NCBI RefSeq assembly: GCF_006345805.1
Contig: NC_042998.1
Coordinates: forward strand, 86,304,001-86,368,000
Origin: Octopus sinensis
Taxonomy: Eukaryota
DNA length: 64,000 nucleotides
Reading direction: 5' to 3'
This document shows positions 1 to 12,685 of the stretch, one piece after another; position 1 is the stretch's first letter, and each line of letters starts with the position of its first letter. Made by a program: the position numbers and the translations under genes. The notes below the pieces were generated by a model. It saw nothing but the letters and a program-made list of their open reading frames with translations, was not told the origin of the DNA and did not search any database.

Positions 1-394
1 CTGTTTGATGATTTCTGCCCAGTATTTTAAATATTTCTATGGTTGTTTTTCCTTTTCCAGGCTCTGACACGATAGTAGACTTCTCATTCGAGATAAGATC
101 ACATTTCTGACCAATAATGCCACTTAAATTGGGCACCTGCCTAATAATTTGGGACAGCAGAAATGTTGCTGCTACACGATAATGGCTGCCATTTGTTTTC
201 ATCAGTGCAGATCCAATTTATTTTAACAGAATGTGTGCAGGTAGGTGTTGCCAACGATCAGTGGGAAAACAACTGGTTTTGAATGAATATACATTTATTT
301 ATTGAGAGATGGTTGATTTGCCTAATAATGTGGGATGCAGTGTACTTTAGCTATACCAGTCATGACTTACAGATTCAATATTATTAACTGCTCT

Positions 395-1790
395 CTGTAA
401 TCTTGACAGAAAAAATGAAAATTATTGACACCTAAGGCAGATAGAACAATTTTATCTGCCAAGAAAGGAAGGTGGCCGTGGACTTTTACAACTGGAATTA
501 ACAATGAAGATTGCCACAATTGGTCAAAACTCCTACCTGAAAAACTGTGATGACTGTATGTTAAAACTTGTCTTAAAGCATGGAAACAAGAAAACATCAT
601 ACTCAGTAACAAAACAAAGAAATATTTAAGTAAATTCCAAATACAACAAATCCCAGAAATAGACGTACTGGAAACAAGCACTGAAAAAGTTAAATGTATG
701 AAAACCTGCGCTTAAACTGCTGCCTTAAATATTCTTACTGATAAATGACAAGAAGACCCTGTCAATGGCAAATACCCAAGGAGAGCTAATAATGCCAATG
801 TTGACAAAGCCCTTACCCATCAATGGTTAGTGTTTTCTGGCTTAAAATCAGACAGAAGGGTTTATCATAGCAGCCCAAGATCAATGCCTACCTACAAGGA
901 GCTACCAAGCCAACATATTAAAGAACAGCAGTAGCCCAACATGTGATATATGTAAACAACAAAATGAAGCCATTGATCATGTTGTCTCCCTGTGCAGCCT
1001 TCTTGCACCTACAGAGTATCTCAACAGACATGATAAAGCAGCACATTATATTCACTAGGCAATTTGCAAAGACTTGGACCTGCCCCATGATAAAAACTGG
1101 TGGGAAAACAAACCACCTCCAGTGCTTGAAAATGACCACATCTCACTCCTTTGGAATTTCACAGTTCAAACTGACAGAAAGATACAAATAGGCCAGACAT
1201 TATATTGAAGGTTTTCAGACAAAACTCATGCCTCTTCATCAATATGACTGTCTCAATCAACATAAATGTTTGTCAAGACCTACCAAAAACTGAGAAGGTA
1301 TAAAGATCTTGGAATAGAAACTGGCAAAATGTGGAACCTCAACAATATCTGTTGTCATAGGTGCCCTAGGACTGATAGCAAAAGAGGCTGATTGATACCT
1401 AGCTCAGATACTAGGAAATCCAAAAATGGAAGAAATTCAAAAAATAGTGCTTGTGGGAACTGCCCATATCCTACATAAAATATTGTCTATGTAATCCACA
1501 AAATATTTTATCTGTAAACAGTGTCAATATACTCTTAAATGTACATAACTGCAAACACCTTTTACTGTCATCTTAACATCAGACTATCATCTTATAGTCA
1601 AATTTCTAATTTACTTATGTTTTGACAGACATTCTCTAGAGCAATACTCTGTGCAAAACCAAATATTTGGCACCCTAGTCATGACACAAACTTGAACTTC
1701 AAAGTGGTCTCTTGAAGTCCCTGGGAGAGAGTTGGAGTCAACTTCTACAAATACAAATCAAAAGCCAAACAAATAATAATAATAATAATA
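395..1790 (+). mobile_element. Decayed 5'-truncated R4/Dong-like non-LTR retrotransposon (3' part)
   Basis: Broken-frame translation gives PKAD..FYLPRKEGGRGLLQLELTMKIATIG, then RPDIILK..CL...M and AHILHKILSM* (stop 1492-1494). Ends in a (TAA)n tail at about 1773-1790. Confidence 0.8.
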
Positions 1791-2341
1791 AAAAAATAAG
1801 TTAAGAAATTTACAAATTTACATATCTACAGTTTTCAAACACACAAACGATCAACTTTAAAAACTTTAAAATCCATAACTGCCTTGAATACTTATCCTTC
1901 CCTCTGTAAACATCCATTTTTTTTTCTTCTTCTTTCTAAAAACATCAGGCTTTTCTTTGTGTGGACTTACAAAAATACTATCTTTGGTGAATCTTAAAAC
2001 TTTCTATGAAAATTTGACTTTTCTTTACTTCCTCCCTGAATATTCAAATATAAATGTAAACATATATTTTTTATTGCATAAACACACCTGTTTTCACTAA
2101 CTGGACATACAAATATTTCTAGAAAAGTCAACTTCAATCTCTACAATATTACCTTTATTTTCTCCGTCTACCCGAAATATGCAAACATACTTTTTATTGC
2201 AATAACTCAAACACACATACAGAACAGAATAACTTGGTCCTTCCTTAATTTTTCTTAAGGTTAAGGTCACTGTTCGGTGCTAGTGGTAGTAGACATTTGA
2301 ACTTTTTTTTACCCCGTTACACCTAAAACCCACATGAGCCA

Positions 2342-2582
2342 CACTTACTACTACTACTGCTATTGGTGCTACTGCTCCTACTACTACTACTGCTACTACT
2401 GCTGCTGCTGCTACTGCTGCTACTACTACTGCTACTGCTACCACTGCTGCTGCTGTCACTACTACTACTATTGCTACCACTGCTGCTGCTACCACCGCTG
2501 CTGGTACTATCACTGCTGCTGTTGCTGACAATGATATTGCTGCTGCTACAACTACTGGGGTTGCTGCTGCTAATGATGATGA
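2342..2582. repeat. Degenerate trinucleotide array (CTA/CTG/CCA)n
   Basis: Visible in the sequence. It produces the poly-L, poly-A/V and poly-C/Y ORFs of the track. Confidence 0.95.
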
Positions 2583-5500
2583 GGCCCCTGTATGAAGATT
2601 AGTGGTAATTTTTTTTTTTTTTTAATGAAAACTAAATATTAATTTAACTTTACTTGAAAAGAAAATTTCTAACAGTACACCGAATCACTTGTCCAATGGT
2701 TATACAGGAAGCGCGCCCGTCAGGAGGCTGCCAGCCTGATGGCGAAAAATTTTCAAATGGCAGAATATCTTCCCGAATACGAACCTGGAAGGTCACTTAA
2801 ACGGGATTTGTCCCAAATTAAGCCCCCAAAGTTCACCACCACAACAACCAGAAAATCAAAAAAGTAAAAGAACTAAATGGAACCAGGAAGAATATAAAGA
2901 AGTAATATATGCTTATTACTTTGCATTAAGTAGGCCAACCCAAGAGAAACACACCGCAAACTTCTACAGAATTTGGAGGGGCCGGAATCCAGTTAGCAGA
3001 CCAAACCTGGATGAAAACAGATTAGCAAATGTTAGAAGAGATATCTTCAGAAATACCAGACTCACAGATGCAGAATTAACCTCTATTAAAAAAGTGGTAG
3101 AAAATGACCTAAATGTAAGTCAAGAAAGAAATAACGAAGCTGAGGAGAGGAATGTTGGGCTACAAGCATTGACTGAAAGGCGACAATCTGCCGAAACAAT
3201 TCAAGATCCTGAAGAAAAAGAAAAATATAATGACCCTAGAAAAAACAGCCCGGAAAATGATGTCGAAACAGAATTTGAAGATCACATGTTTGTTGAACAA
3301 CACAGAAAATCTGTCATTGAAATGAAGCAAGAAGTTCTGAATGAGCTTGCAGTTGTAGGCCATACAACTATGAATGATAGGGAACCACTCCATAAACTCT
3401 CAAATGCACACCAACATAAAACACAAATGCAAATTGGCAACTGCGATACACAAGAAATCATACACCAACTAAAACCCGATCTTAATAAATTAAATGAAAT
3501 TATTTACTCTGTCATAAGGTAATCGAAAGACGCTGTTTAACACCCAAAAAGCCAACAATACCAAATTCGAAAAGAAAATCAAACTGGAGGAGTAGAATTG
3601 AAACTGAAATTGAATCATTGTGAAGGGAGATATCAATATTAACTGAGCTAATCTCTGGAAATGATGTAAGATCAAGAAAAGGCAGGAAGATTGTGAGAAA
3701 ATATGGACACCCAACAAGAGAAGAATTAATGTCAGCGAAAGAAACACTTAAACAAAAAGTTTAAGCAAAAGCTCAGATAATACGCAGATTTGAGAAAAGA
3801 ATCAAATTCTACAAACAAAGTAAGATGTTCAAATCCAATGCCAAACCATTTTACAGAGAAATAGGGAAAGAAAAAATAACCATTGAAAATCCACCCCTAA
3901 TGGAAGAAGTTGAAAACTTTTGGAAGGGGATCTGGAGTGATGAGAAACAATACAATGAAAATGCAGAGTGGATCAAACACACCCAAGATGACTACAAAAA
4001 TCTACAAGAACAGGTATGGGAAGACATCTCAATCGCCGACCTAAGGAGGGCACTAACGAAGGCTCATAAGTGGAAATCCCCTGGTATTCATAGAGTACCA
4101 AATTTCTGGCTCTCATCACTCTCGTCCGCACACAAAATGTTAGTAATACTATTTAATAGTATTATGAAAGACCCGAAAAAAACACCCCATTGGATGGCAA
4201 ATGGTATTACTTACCTCCTCCCCAAAAATAACAAAACGAAAGAACCAAAAAACTACTGGCCTATAACATGTTTATCTACTACCTATAAGATTTTGACATC
4301 TATTCTAGTAGAGAAAACATACACGTTTATGGAAGAAAATAACCTCTTTCGCACTGAACAAAAAGGATGCAGACGAGGCTCATACGGATACAAAGATCAG
4401 CTCCTAATTAATTGCATTATCCTTGAGAACTGCCATAACAAGCGCAAAAATCTCTGCTCTTCATGGTTTGATTATAAAAAAGCCTTTGACAGCATACCGC
4501 ATTCGTGGATTCTGAAATCGCTGGACATTTTCAAAATTTCTCCTGTGATTTCAGATTTTTTAAAGTATAATATGTCACTATGGAACACGAAGCTCCAATT
4601 ATATCATTCTAATGGAGTATTGCGCTCAAACAACATTAGCATAAACTGTGGAATTTTCCAAGGTGACTCACTTTCACCACTAATTTTCTGCATAGCACTA
4701 ATACCACTCTCAAGTGAACTGAATAGAACAGGATATGGCTACAAAATTGACAACAGGAAAATAAACCATCTATTTTATATGGATGATTTAAAACTATATG
4801 GCAAAAATGATGAAGAGCTTGAAGGATTATTACATACCGTGAAAGGATTCAGTGATGATATCGGGATGGAGTTTGGCCTTGAAAAGTGTGCCAAAGCCAC
4901 TTTTAAGAAAGGGAAATTAGTAAAGTCTAGTTCAATCGAATTAGATGTCGAAACAGTAATAAAGGAACTTGAGCAGGAAGAAACCTATAAATACCTAGGA
5001 ATAAATGAAGGCTCTGGTATCCAGCATGCAAGCATGAAAGAGAACGTTAGGAAGGAATGTTACAGAAGAGTTCGAGCAGTCCTGAAGTCTGAACTGAATG
5101 CTTATAATAAGGTGTTAGCCATAAATTCCTTAGCAGTACCAGTTGTTCTTTATAGCTTCAATATGCTTAACTGGAATACCAGTGAAATAATGAAAATTGA
5201 CAGAAAAATCTGCAAGTTACTGACTTGTAATAAGATGCACCATCCAAAGGCAGACGTGGATCGCCTTTACCTTCCCAGAGCTCAGGGAAGTTGAGGTCTG
5301 ATCCAGCTTGAACTTACATACAAAACCAACCACAATCGAACTGGCCAAATACCTTGAAGCAACCAACGATTGGATGCTAAAACTTGTTGAAAAACATGAA
5401 AGACCGAGAAAACTGCACTCTATTCTCAAAAAGAGCAAAGAATTCGCTGCTGATCTCTTAGATATCCACCAGATTGATCAGGCTGAAGGAGATGTGCCAA

Positions 5501-6525
5501 CTGCAGCTGCAAAGAAAATAAAATTAACTGCAAAGACAAAAGCACAAGAAAATTTAGCTAGCAGATAGGAACAGAAACCTCTCCATGGCAAGTATGTGGC
5601 CCGTAACAAACAAGCTGATGTCGACCAGAAACATACGCACCAATGGTTACGAAGCTCAGGGCTAAAAGCAGAAAGTAAAAATTTCATATTAGCTGCTCAA
5701 GACCAAAGCTTATTAATCCGGAACTACCAAGCCAATGTGATAAAAAATGGAGCTGACCCAAAATGCAGATTCTGTAACGATGAGATTGAAACAATAGACC
5801 ACCTAATCTCAGAGTGTAGAGTCTTAGCACCAGCAGAATATAAAGCAAGATATGACAGAGTTGGCCAGTATTTACATTGGACAATATGTCGGTATTATAA
5901 AATCAAAACCGCTGACAAATGGTATAAACACCATCCTGAAGCTGTGACTGAGGGAGAAAATGTGTTGATTCTATGGGACTTCCCCATACAGACCGACAAA
6001 ACTATAAAAGCTAATAAACCGGATATTATTATAAAAGATCAGACAAAAAAGATGTGTTTATTAATTGACATGAGTATCCCTTGCAATCACAATATAGCAG
6101 CGAAAGAATTTGACAAGATTTGTAAATATAAAGACCTGCTAATAGAAATTGAAAAAATGTGGCATCTCAAGGCGACTACTGTACCAGTGATTGTAGGATC
6201 TCTAGGAATGATAAAAAAAGATACTGAAACCTATTTGAAAATGATTCCAGGCTTACCATCCCTACAGGAAGTGCAAAAAATTGTATTAACAAGAATGGCT
6301 CATATACTGAGAAGAGCATTATTGCTGTGAAAACAACATCCATCCACAAATTTATTTATTTATTAATTTTTAAATACATATTTTGTCTGTGAATTTGCGT
6401 GTGTAATCTGGGAATGCATACAATGAGCTTCTCTGCCCTAGGTGTATGGAAAATACTCGGTGAGAAACGGAAGAAAATTTGAAGAAAGAAAGAAAAACCA
6501 TAATAATAATAATAATAATAATAAT
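2583..6525 (+). mobile_element. Near full-length but inactivated R4/Dong-like retrotransposon (RT, CCHC zinc finger, restriction-like endonuclease)
   Basis: N-terminal KRTKWNQEEYKEVIYAYYF (about 2870). RT in ORF 3825-5294 (GIFQGDSLSP, YMDDLKLY). CRFC..ETIDHLISEC finger and NKPDIIIKD..LIDMSIP..KEFDK nuclease in ORF 5596-6330. Stops at 3520, 5292 and 5566 plus frameshifts. (TAA)n tail at 6501-6525. The 5' boundary is approximate. Confidence 0.92.
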
Positions 6526-7794
6526 AGGTGGAGGAAGGATGAAAGATAGAGAGATGATGGGTGGAGAGTAGGTGGTTAAAAGTTGCAAGAGTGCAGGGAG
6601 TGAGGTAAGGATGTATAATGACAGAAGTGTAGGTAGTCTGTATGGAATGATTCAATGGAGAGTGAGTAGTAACACACAATAAGGGTGATCGATGGAAAAT
6701 CTAAGTGAAAAGGAATAATCTAAAGAATGAGGGAAAATGTAAAAAGAAGTGGTTCCAGATAGTGGGGGTGATAATTGGTAGCACAGGAAGATATGAATTA
6801 TGTAGTTCTGCTCTCATTTAATTATAGCAGCTGAATAGTGAAGTTGTTAGAAGAGTGATGAGGGGATAGGGAAGGCTTGACAATGACACATTGGCAAGGG
6901 ATCCAGTTGCTGTATATATACATTGTGCTCCAGAACCTGTTTCACCATGATGGGCAGGTTATAATGTGTTTTGCCATTCATCTCAGCTCTTGATTATCTA
7001 TGAAGCCCAAAACTCCATCTATCTGTGTAAACTGATTTATCAGTGATATATGAATAAAACAATAATAATAATTGGATACGTATTTACTTTTTTAAATAAA
7101 TTTATTTTTACATAATTTTCAGGATATACAAATATTTTTGTTAAAAATTTTATTTACAAACTTAACACTCAATCAAAATTCTTATCACAGTTCCTTGCAC
7201 TGCTGATGTAAAAAATGCTGCTTTGCTGAGTCTATAATGTGTTAGACTATCTATCAAGAGGCTGCTGATTAATACACCATCACCAGCCATATACATTGCC
7301 AAGACTTTTAACTAGTAAATGGCTAACTTAGTCATTTTATTTAGAAACAGGTACTATGGTGATATTACAATACATCTTGTAAGTAAGAATAATATCAAGT
7401 AATTAATATTAAGAGATTCATTAGCTTGCAATGCTCAGTTCAGATCTTCATATGAGCCTGAAGTACCTTTCCTACACAATCAGATTTGACAAAGGAACTG
7501 ATACAGATGGAGTTCAACCTGTTTTTGGCCATTGTATTGTAGACAATTCCATGATAAATTTAAAATAACACATAGCTAAAAAAGTCATGCCTGGCTCTCA
7601 AGATAAGATGATGACTTAAAAAGCTAAATAACTTCAATATATTACGCTAAATATATTTTAACAACTATGAAATGCTTTTGAATAATTATGATAAAAAATT
7701 TTACATAATATTATAAAAAGTGGTTAATTATAAAAATAAATTGCACACATACACACACATATATATATATATATATAGACACACACACACATAT

Positions 7795-7876
<82 letters not shown>

Positions 7877-7903
7877 CAAAATTATTTTATTCCACAACAG
7901 AAG

Positions 7904-8163
7904 AAATGTCAGAAAAATAGAAGCTGAAAATGTACCGAGAATAGTTAAAGTATTTTTTTTATTATATCTAAAGATTTAATTGGTTTCACAGTTTACACTG
8001 ATTTTCTAATAGTTGAAATAGAAAGTGGCAACATAGGCCTCATCTTTCTATTTCAACTATTTGAAAATCAGTGTAAACTGTGAAACCAGTTAAATCTTTA
8101 AATATAATACAGAGATATTTTAACTACTCTCAGTGCATTTTAAACTTCTATTCTTCCTACATA
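7904..8163. mobile_element. Fold-back (MITE-like) element with about 120-bp imperfect inverted arms
   Basis: 7904-8024 is the reverse complement of 8045-8163, with a 20-nt loop. A single-arm relative lies at about 55020-55170. Confidence 0.75.
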
Positions 8164-8962
8164 TTGGGTTATCCCATAAATAATGAGGTTTTTCAATTGC
8201 ATGAACTAAAAGTTGGAGAGGAATGGGATAAACTACATGCATCAACTTGTTATAAAAGCAGGTAGTAATTTTAACAGTTATTTTTCCAAAGCTATAATGG
8301 AAGTGACAAAGGAGCATATTCAGCATATTTTGCTTTATGAGTTCAATAAATGCAACAATGCAATCGGACAATAAGCATAAGCCAGGGTCAATGATGGTTC
8401 CAGAAATTTTGAGCCGGAAACTACAGCCTAGATGAACCTTGTCCTGGAAGATCTGAACAGCTTCATGAAAACATCTTACAAAAACTCTGGTGGAACAAAA
8501 TCCCATCGTAACTGTTGAGGAACTACCAGAGAAGCTTGTATTTGGTTATTCTACCATTCATTGACACCAGCACTAGAAGAAAAACGACCATCTTTGGTTT
8601 CAAGAATAAAGATGTTCTTTCATTAGGACAATGCTCAGCCACATACAGTGAAGATGACATTCTAAAGGCTGGAGCAGTTTGAATGGGAAACGATGCTCCA
8701 CCCATTTATTCTTCAATCTTCAAAATCATTTGGACGGAAAAAATATGAATTCTGTAGAGGAGGTCAGAACAGTACTGGAGGAGTATTTTTCATCATGGAC
8801 AAGTGAATTTTGGAAGAGGGGCCTTGCAAGTCTACCAGATAGATGGAAGAGCATTGTAGAAAATGAAGGAGAGTATTTTTGAGATTAAAAAGAACTTTGT
8901 TTATCTTATTTTGTAAAACAAAAGAAGTACAAAAAAAAACGCATATTTATGGGATGACCCAA
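8164..8962 (+). mobile_element. Internally deleted mariner element with TIRs and TA target duplication
   Basis: TA|ttgggttatcccataaata ... tatttatgggatgacccaa|TA. Remnants MEVTKEHIQHILLYEFNK (ATG 8297), WFQKF.AGNYSL, DNAQPHT and LPDRWKSIVENEGEYF. Confidence 0.92.
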
Positions 8963-9013
8963 TATATATATATATAATATATATAGGAAAAAAGCAACAA
9001 GAATGGATTAAAA

Positions 9014-9101
9014 TCTCGGTACGATCGTTTCGTACGAGGACATCTTTAATAAGCTACAAAAAATGCAGTGAATACAGATGGCTCGTACTCGTCAGCCGAA
9101 A
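9014..9101 (-). ncRNA. Type I hammerhead ribozyme (mirror copy of 10054-10141)
   Basis: Reverse complement of the plus-strand motif, with CUGACGA at 9095-9089. Confidence 0.85.
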
Positions 9102-10053
9102 AAAACATCAGAGAATTCCCAAACATCAAAAGGGGTAGATACAAAAGAGGTTGTAAGATTAACTGCATTGAAGAAAGTTCGATTCATGGAGATCCGATGA
9201 AAGGTTTTAAACTTACAGAATTTGTGCATGTCTACGTATAGCTCATATTGAATTTTTAATCAAGTTGTGTGAAGAAATTTTCGGATACAGTCATGCAAAA
9301 TTTCTGAAAATCCGAGTAAGAGGCAAAGTGACTGCCATATCATGTAGAGGAAAGTCTGAGTAAAAGCAAAGTGACTGTCATATCGTGTAGAGGAACAGAT
9401 TGTTATTGAAATTTACAAGAATCGGAGATAAGTTCGATTCTTGGAGATCCAATGAAAAGTCTTGAACTTACAGAATATGTGCATGTCCTTATAGTTCATA
9501 ATCCAGTTTTGTGAAGAGATTTAGGGTACAATCATGCGAAAATATCAGGGAATCCGAATAAGAAGCAAATTGACAGTCTTATATTGTAGAGGTGCCTGTT
9601 GTTAATGAATTTTACAAGAATCACAGAGAGAGGGGGGAAGGAAGTAGGATTTAATCAGTTACTGCTATTAGAGCTATCAAAGAGAAAGGAAAGGGGAAGC
9701 TAAGGGGATGGACACAAGTTGATACTACCAGAAAATCTAAGCTTGTTTAGTGCAAAATTCGAACTGAGGTCAACAATTTATTTCTTTATTTATAAATGTT
9801 ACTATTAATAGAATGTCAGGTTACAATGAGAGGTCAATTAGAAAGGAAAGAAAAATGGGCATGACTGTATCCGAAAATTTCTTCACACAACTTGATTAAA
9901 AATTCAATATGAGCTATACGTAGACATGCACAAATTCTGTAAGTTTAAAACCTTTCATCGGATCTCCATGAATCGAACTTTCTTCAATGCAGTTAATCTT
10001 ACAACCTCTTTTGTATCTACCCCTTTTGATGTTTGGGAATTCTCTGATGTTTT

Positions 10054-10141
10054 TTTCGGCTGACGAGTACGAGCCATCTGTATTCACTGCATTTTTTGTA
10101 GCTTATTAAAGATGTCCTCGTACGAAACGATCGTACCGAGA
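10054..10141 (+). ncRNA. Type I hammerhead ribozyme with intact core
   Basis: Stem I UCGG(10056-59)/CCGA(10136-39); CUGACGA 10060-66; stem II GUACGAG/CUCGUAC (10067-73/10117-23); GAAA 10124-27; minimal stem III with palindromic CGAUCG; GUA cleavage triplet 10133-35. Confidence 0.88.
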
Positions 10142-10289
10142 TTTTAATCCATTCTTGTTGCTTTTTTCCTATTTGTAATCACCCCACTTGTCGTATGGTT
10201 AACACCATATAGATTTCCGGTGCATCCTAGTTAAGGACCATATTCATGTGAATTCTTTAGAATTCACTTGAATCTCAATTACTTAACCG

Positions 10290-10378
<89 letters not shown>

Positions 10379-11380
10379 CATATATATATATATATGTGTG
10401 TGTGTATATATATGCATATAAATGCACACACAAAATACATACAAATGCATGAATATATTTATCCAATATGAGTTTGATTTTGATGAAATGTTCAAAATCA
10501 AAAACATTAACTATTGATGGGATTTATTAATTTCCTTTTACATTCACAAGTAAATATAATATTTAGCTTGCTATACTTCAGTAGCTTCAACATCAATACC
10601 ATGATCTGAATTATCAGGAGGAGTCGTAAAATTATTGTTTACCCTATTCATTTCTGCATCACGTTCTTTGATAACACTGTCCAAATCTGATTTGGAGTTG
10701 TCTGCTGGCATTGAATATGTTGTGTCATTATCAAAGTTGTTAAGATTTTCTGGTGCAGCATTGATATTTTTACTATACACATCATGAAATTCGTTGTTAA
10801 TGTTGGAGTGCAAACTATAATAATAAAAGAAATAAGATGAAAATATGTTATTAAATTAAAACCACAGAACGTCATTTAATAGTATTAATACTTTGATACA
10901 ATAGAGCACTCAATATAAATTCAGTATATAATATTCTCATTGAATATATTTAACTAAAGTTTTAAAACCACGGATGTCATACTTCTCACGTTCAGAACCA
11001 TTTACAGCTGTTTCTGTTTTGTACTGTTCATGTAGTCCCGTGGTTAGATTACAGTTGGCATCTAAGTAGTTAATTGAATTATGCTCTTTTTCTATTGTGA
11101 TGGTTAAGCCAAAACATTTAAAGAACTTATATAGTGTTTTCTTTAGTAGTTCTAATCACCTATATGAGGTGTTTTTAAGGATAAATAACACTTTAAGATC
11201 TTAGAACTTATCTGCCAAAGAAAATTATGACCAACTACAACACAGAAGAGAAAACTGAACCTTTTGCACCTTCCAGACCCCTCATAACAATTAAGGGCCA
11301 TAAAGTAAATTTCTTAACAGACACGAAAGTTAGACTAATCTGCCCCAATAAATCCGATCTATGTAAGCTAAGTAAATTAA

Positions 11381-11774
11381 TCTCTCTCTATATATATAAA
11401 GCTGAAGTTGTCTGTGTATGGCAGGTTTGGTAGCCTTCAACTAACACTATCTCCTCCAAGACCCTGCACGCAAGTTGACCAAAATTGAGAGTATGATAGA
11501 AGAAGGCTTGCCCTTCCTTTTGTAGAAGAAAAGATTCAAATCGGACCATGTTAACACCAAAAATTATTTACATAAAAAAGGTACTTTTTTCTATGAAAAT
11601 CCTTACTTTTTACGATTTTTTGACTGCTGTGTCACCATCTTTCGGTGTATTTCAACCAGAAAAATGTTCACTTAAAGAGAATAACAAGCTACATAATGCA
11701 AAATTTTTACTTTTCAAAAATTCCAATTCTGAAGGGTCGAAACAAACCCGAGCAATGCCAGGCGATACTGCTAG
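11381..11774 (+). mobile_element. Non-autonomous Helitron (394 bp) inserted in the PLE RT gene
   Basis: 5' TC (tctctctctatatatataaa), 3' hairpin cccgagcaatgccagg and terminal CTAG. Inserted between A11380 and T11775 with no TSD; removing it restores the PLE frame SK-LIL-YKY. Confidence 0.88.
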
Positions 11775-12600
11775 TATTATATAAATATATCCCTACTATA
11801 AAAAATAAAATCATCCTTGAATTATGGTTAAATACTCACAAAGCCTTTAACTGGTTCTCCAAGATACAGAATAAATATAGCTATAAGTTCCTACAAATAG
11901 ACATAGAGAACTACAACTGATCAATTAACTCTAGAATTCTAAATAGCGCTCTTATTTTCGCCAAAAAACATACCGAACTGACAATGAATGAAACTGAGGT
12001 AATCATAGAAGCTAGGAAATCTATAATAAAATTCGATAACAAATTATGGGTAAGAAAGGATACCCCCAATTACTTCAACATCACTATGGGAGCGAGCCCC
12101 TGATTCATCACAGGTATCCAACTTATTAGATATTTACCTATTATCACATTTACATGAAGAATTCCCAGAGATCAGGAGAGGCCTTTATAGTGACGATGCA
12201 TTATTTATCCTTAAAAACACCTCAAATAGGAGACTAGAACTACTAAAGAAAAATCTATATAAGTTCTTTAAATGTTTTGGCTTAACCATCATAAAATAAA
12301 AAGAGCATAATTCAGTTAATTACTTAGCTGCCAACTGTAATCTAACCACGGGACTACATGAACCGTACATTAAACTGAATACAAACCTTAAATATATAAA
12401 TGCACTTTGTAACCACCCAAACTTTATAAAAAGAGGACTTGTACAAGGCATCAGCATAAGAATCTCATATTTCTCATCCAACAATGCAACTAAAAATCAA
12501 TATAGTCACTAAAATGTAAGCCTGAAGACTTAACAAACTTTTTCCTTTTTCTTTTGCCCTTTCCTTTCATTTCCCTTTTTCACGTATTTATTTTCCTCTA

Positions 12601-12685
12601 AATCATTCTGACAATGTTTGTTAAATGGAATGAGATAAACACAAATCTACTTCGATTTGATAAACAGAAACAGCTGTAAATGGTT
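12601..12685 (+). ncRNA. Type I hammerhead motif (core variant CUGACAA) at the PLE 3' end
   Basis: Stem I AAUCAUU/AAUGGUU; CUGACAA 12608-14; stem II UGUUUG/UAAACA; GAAA 12667-70; palindromic CAGCUG; GUA. One core position deviates from CUGANGA. Confidence 0.7.

Larger units (their letters stand above)
8983..10172. mobile_element. Penelope-like element terminal repeat (pLTR) in inverted head-to-head arrangement
   Basis: 8983-9858 is the reverse complement of about 29530-30397, which follows a PLE GIY-YIG remnant. 9859-10172 is an inverted copy of 8983-9296 (314 bp). Both ends carry a hammerhead motif. Confidence 0.8.

Noticed and set aside
2280-2602. Poly-Leu, poly-Ala/Val and poly-Cys/Tyr ORFs
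   Set aside because: They are translations of a trinucleotide microsatellite.
6540-6990. Possible L2/CR1 3' end on the minus strand
   Set aside because: Only faint motif resemblance, too degraded to support a call.
11915-11925. In-frame TGA in the PLE RT as a possible selenocysteine, given that some Naiad PLEs are selenoproteins
   Set aside because: The TGA aligns to the Pro of the FYPSI-like motif rather than a Cys, the copy has other stops and frameshifts, and no SECIS was recognised.
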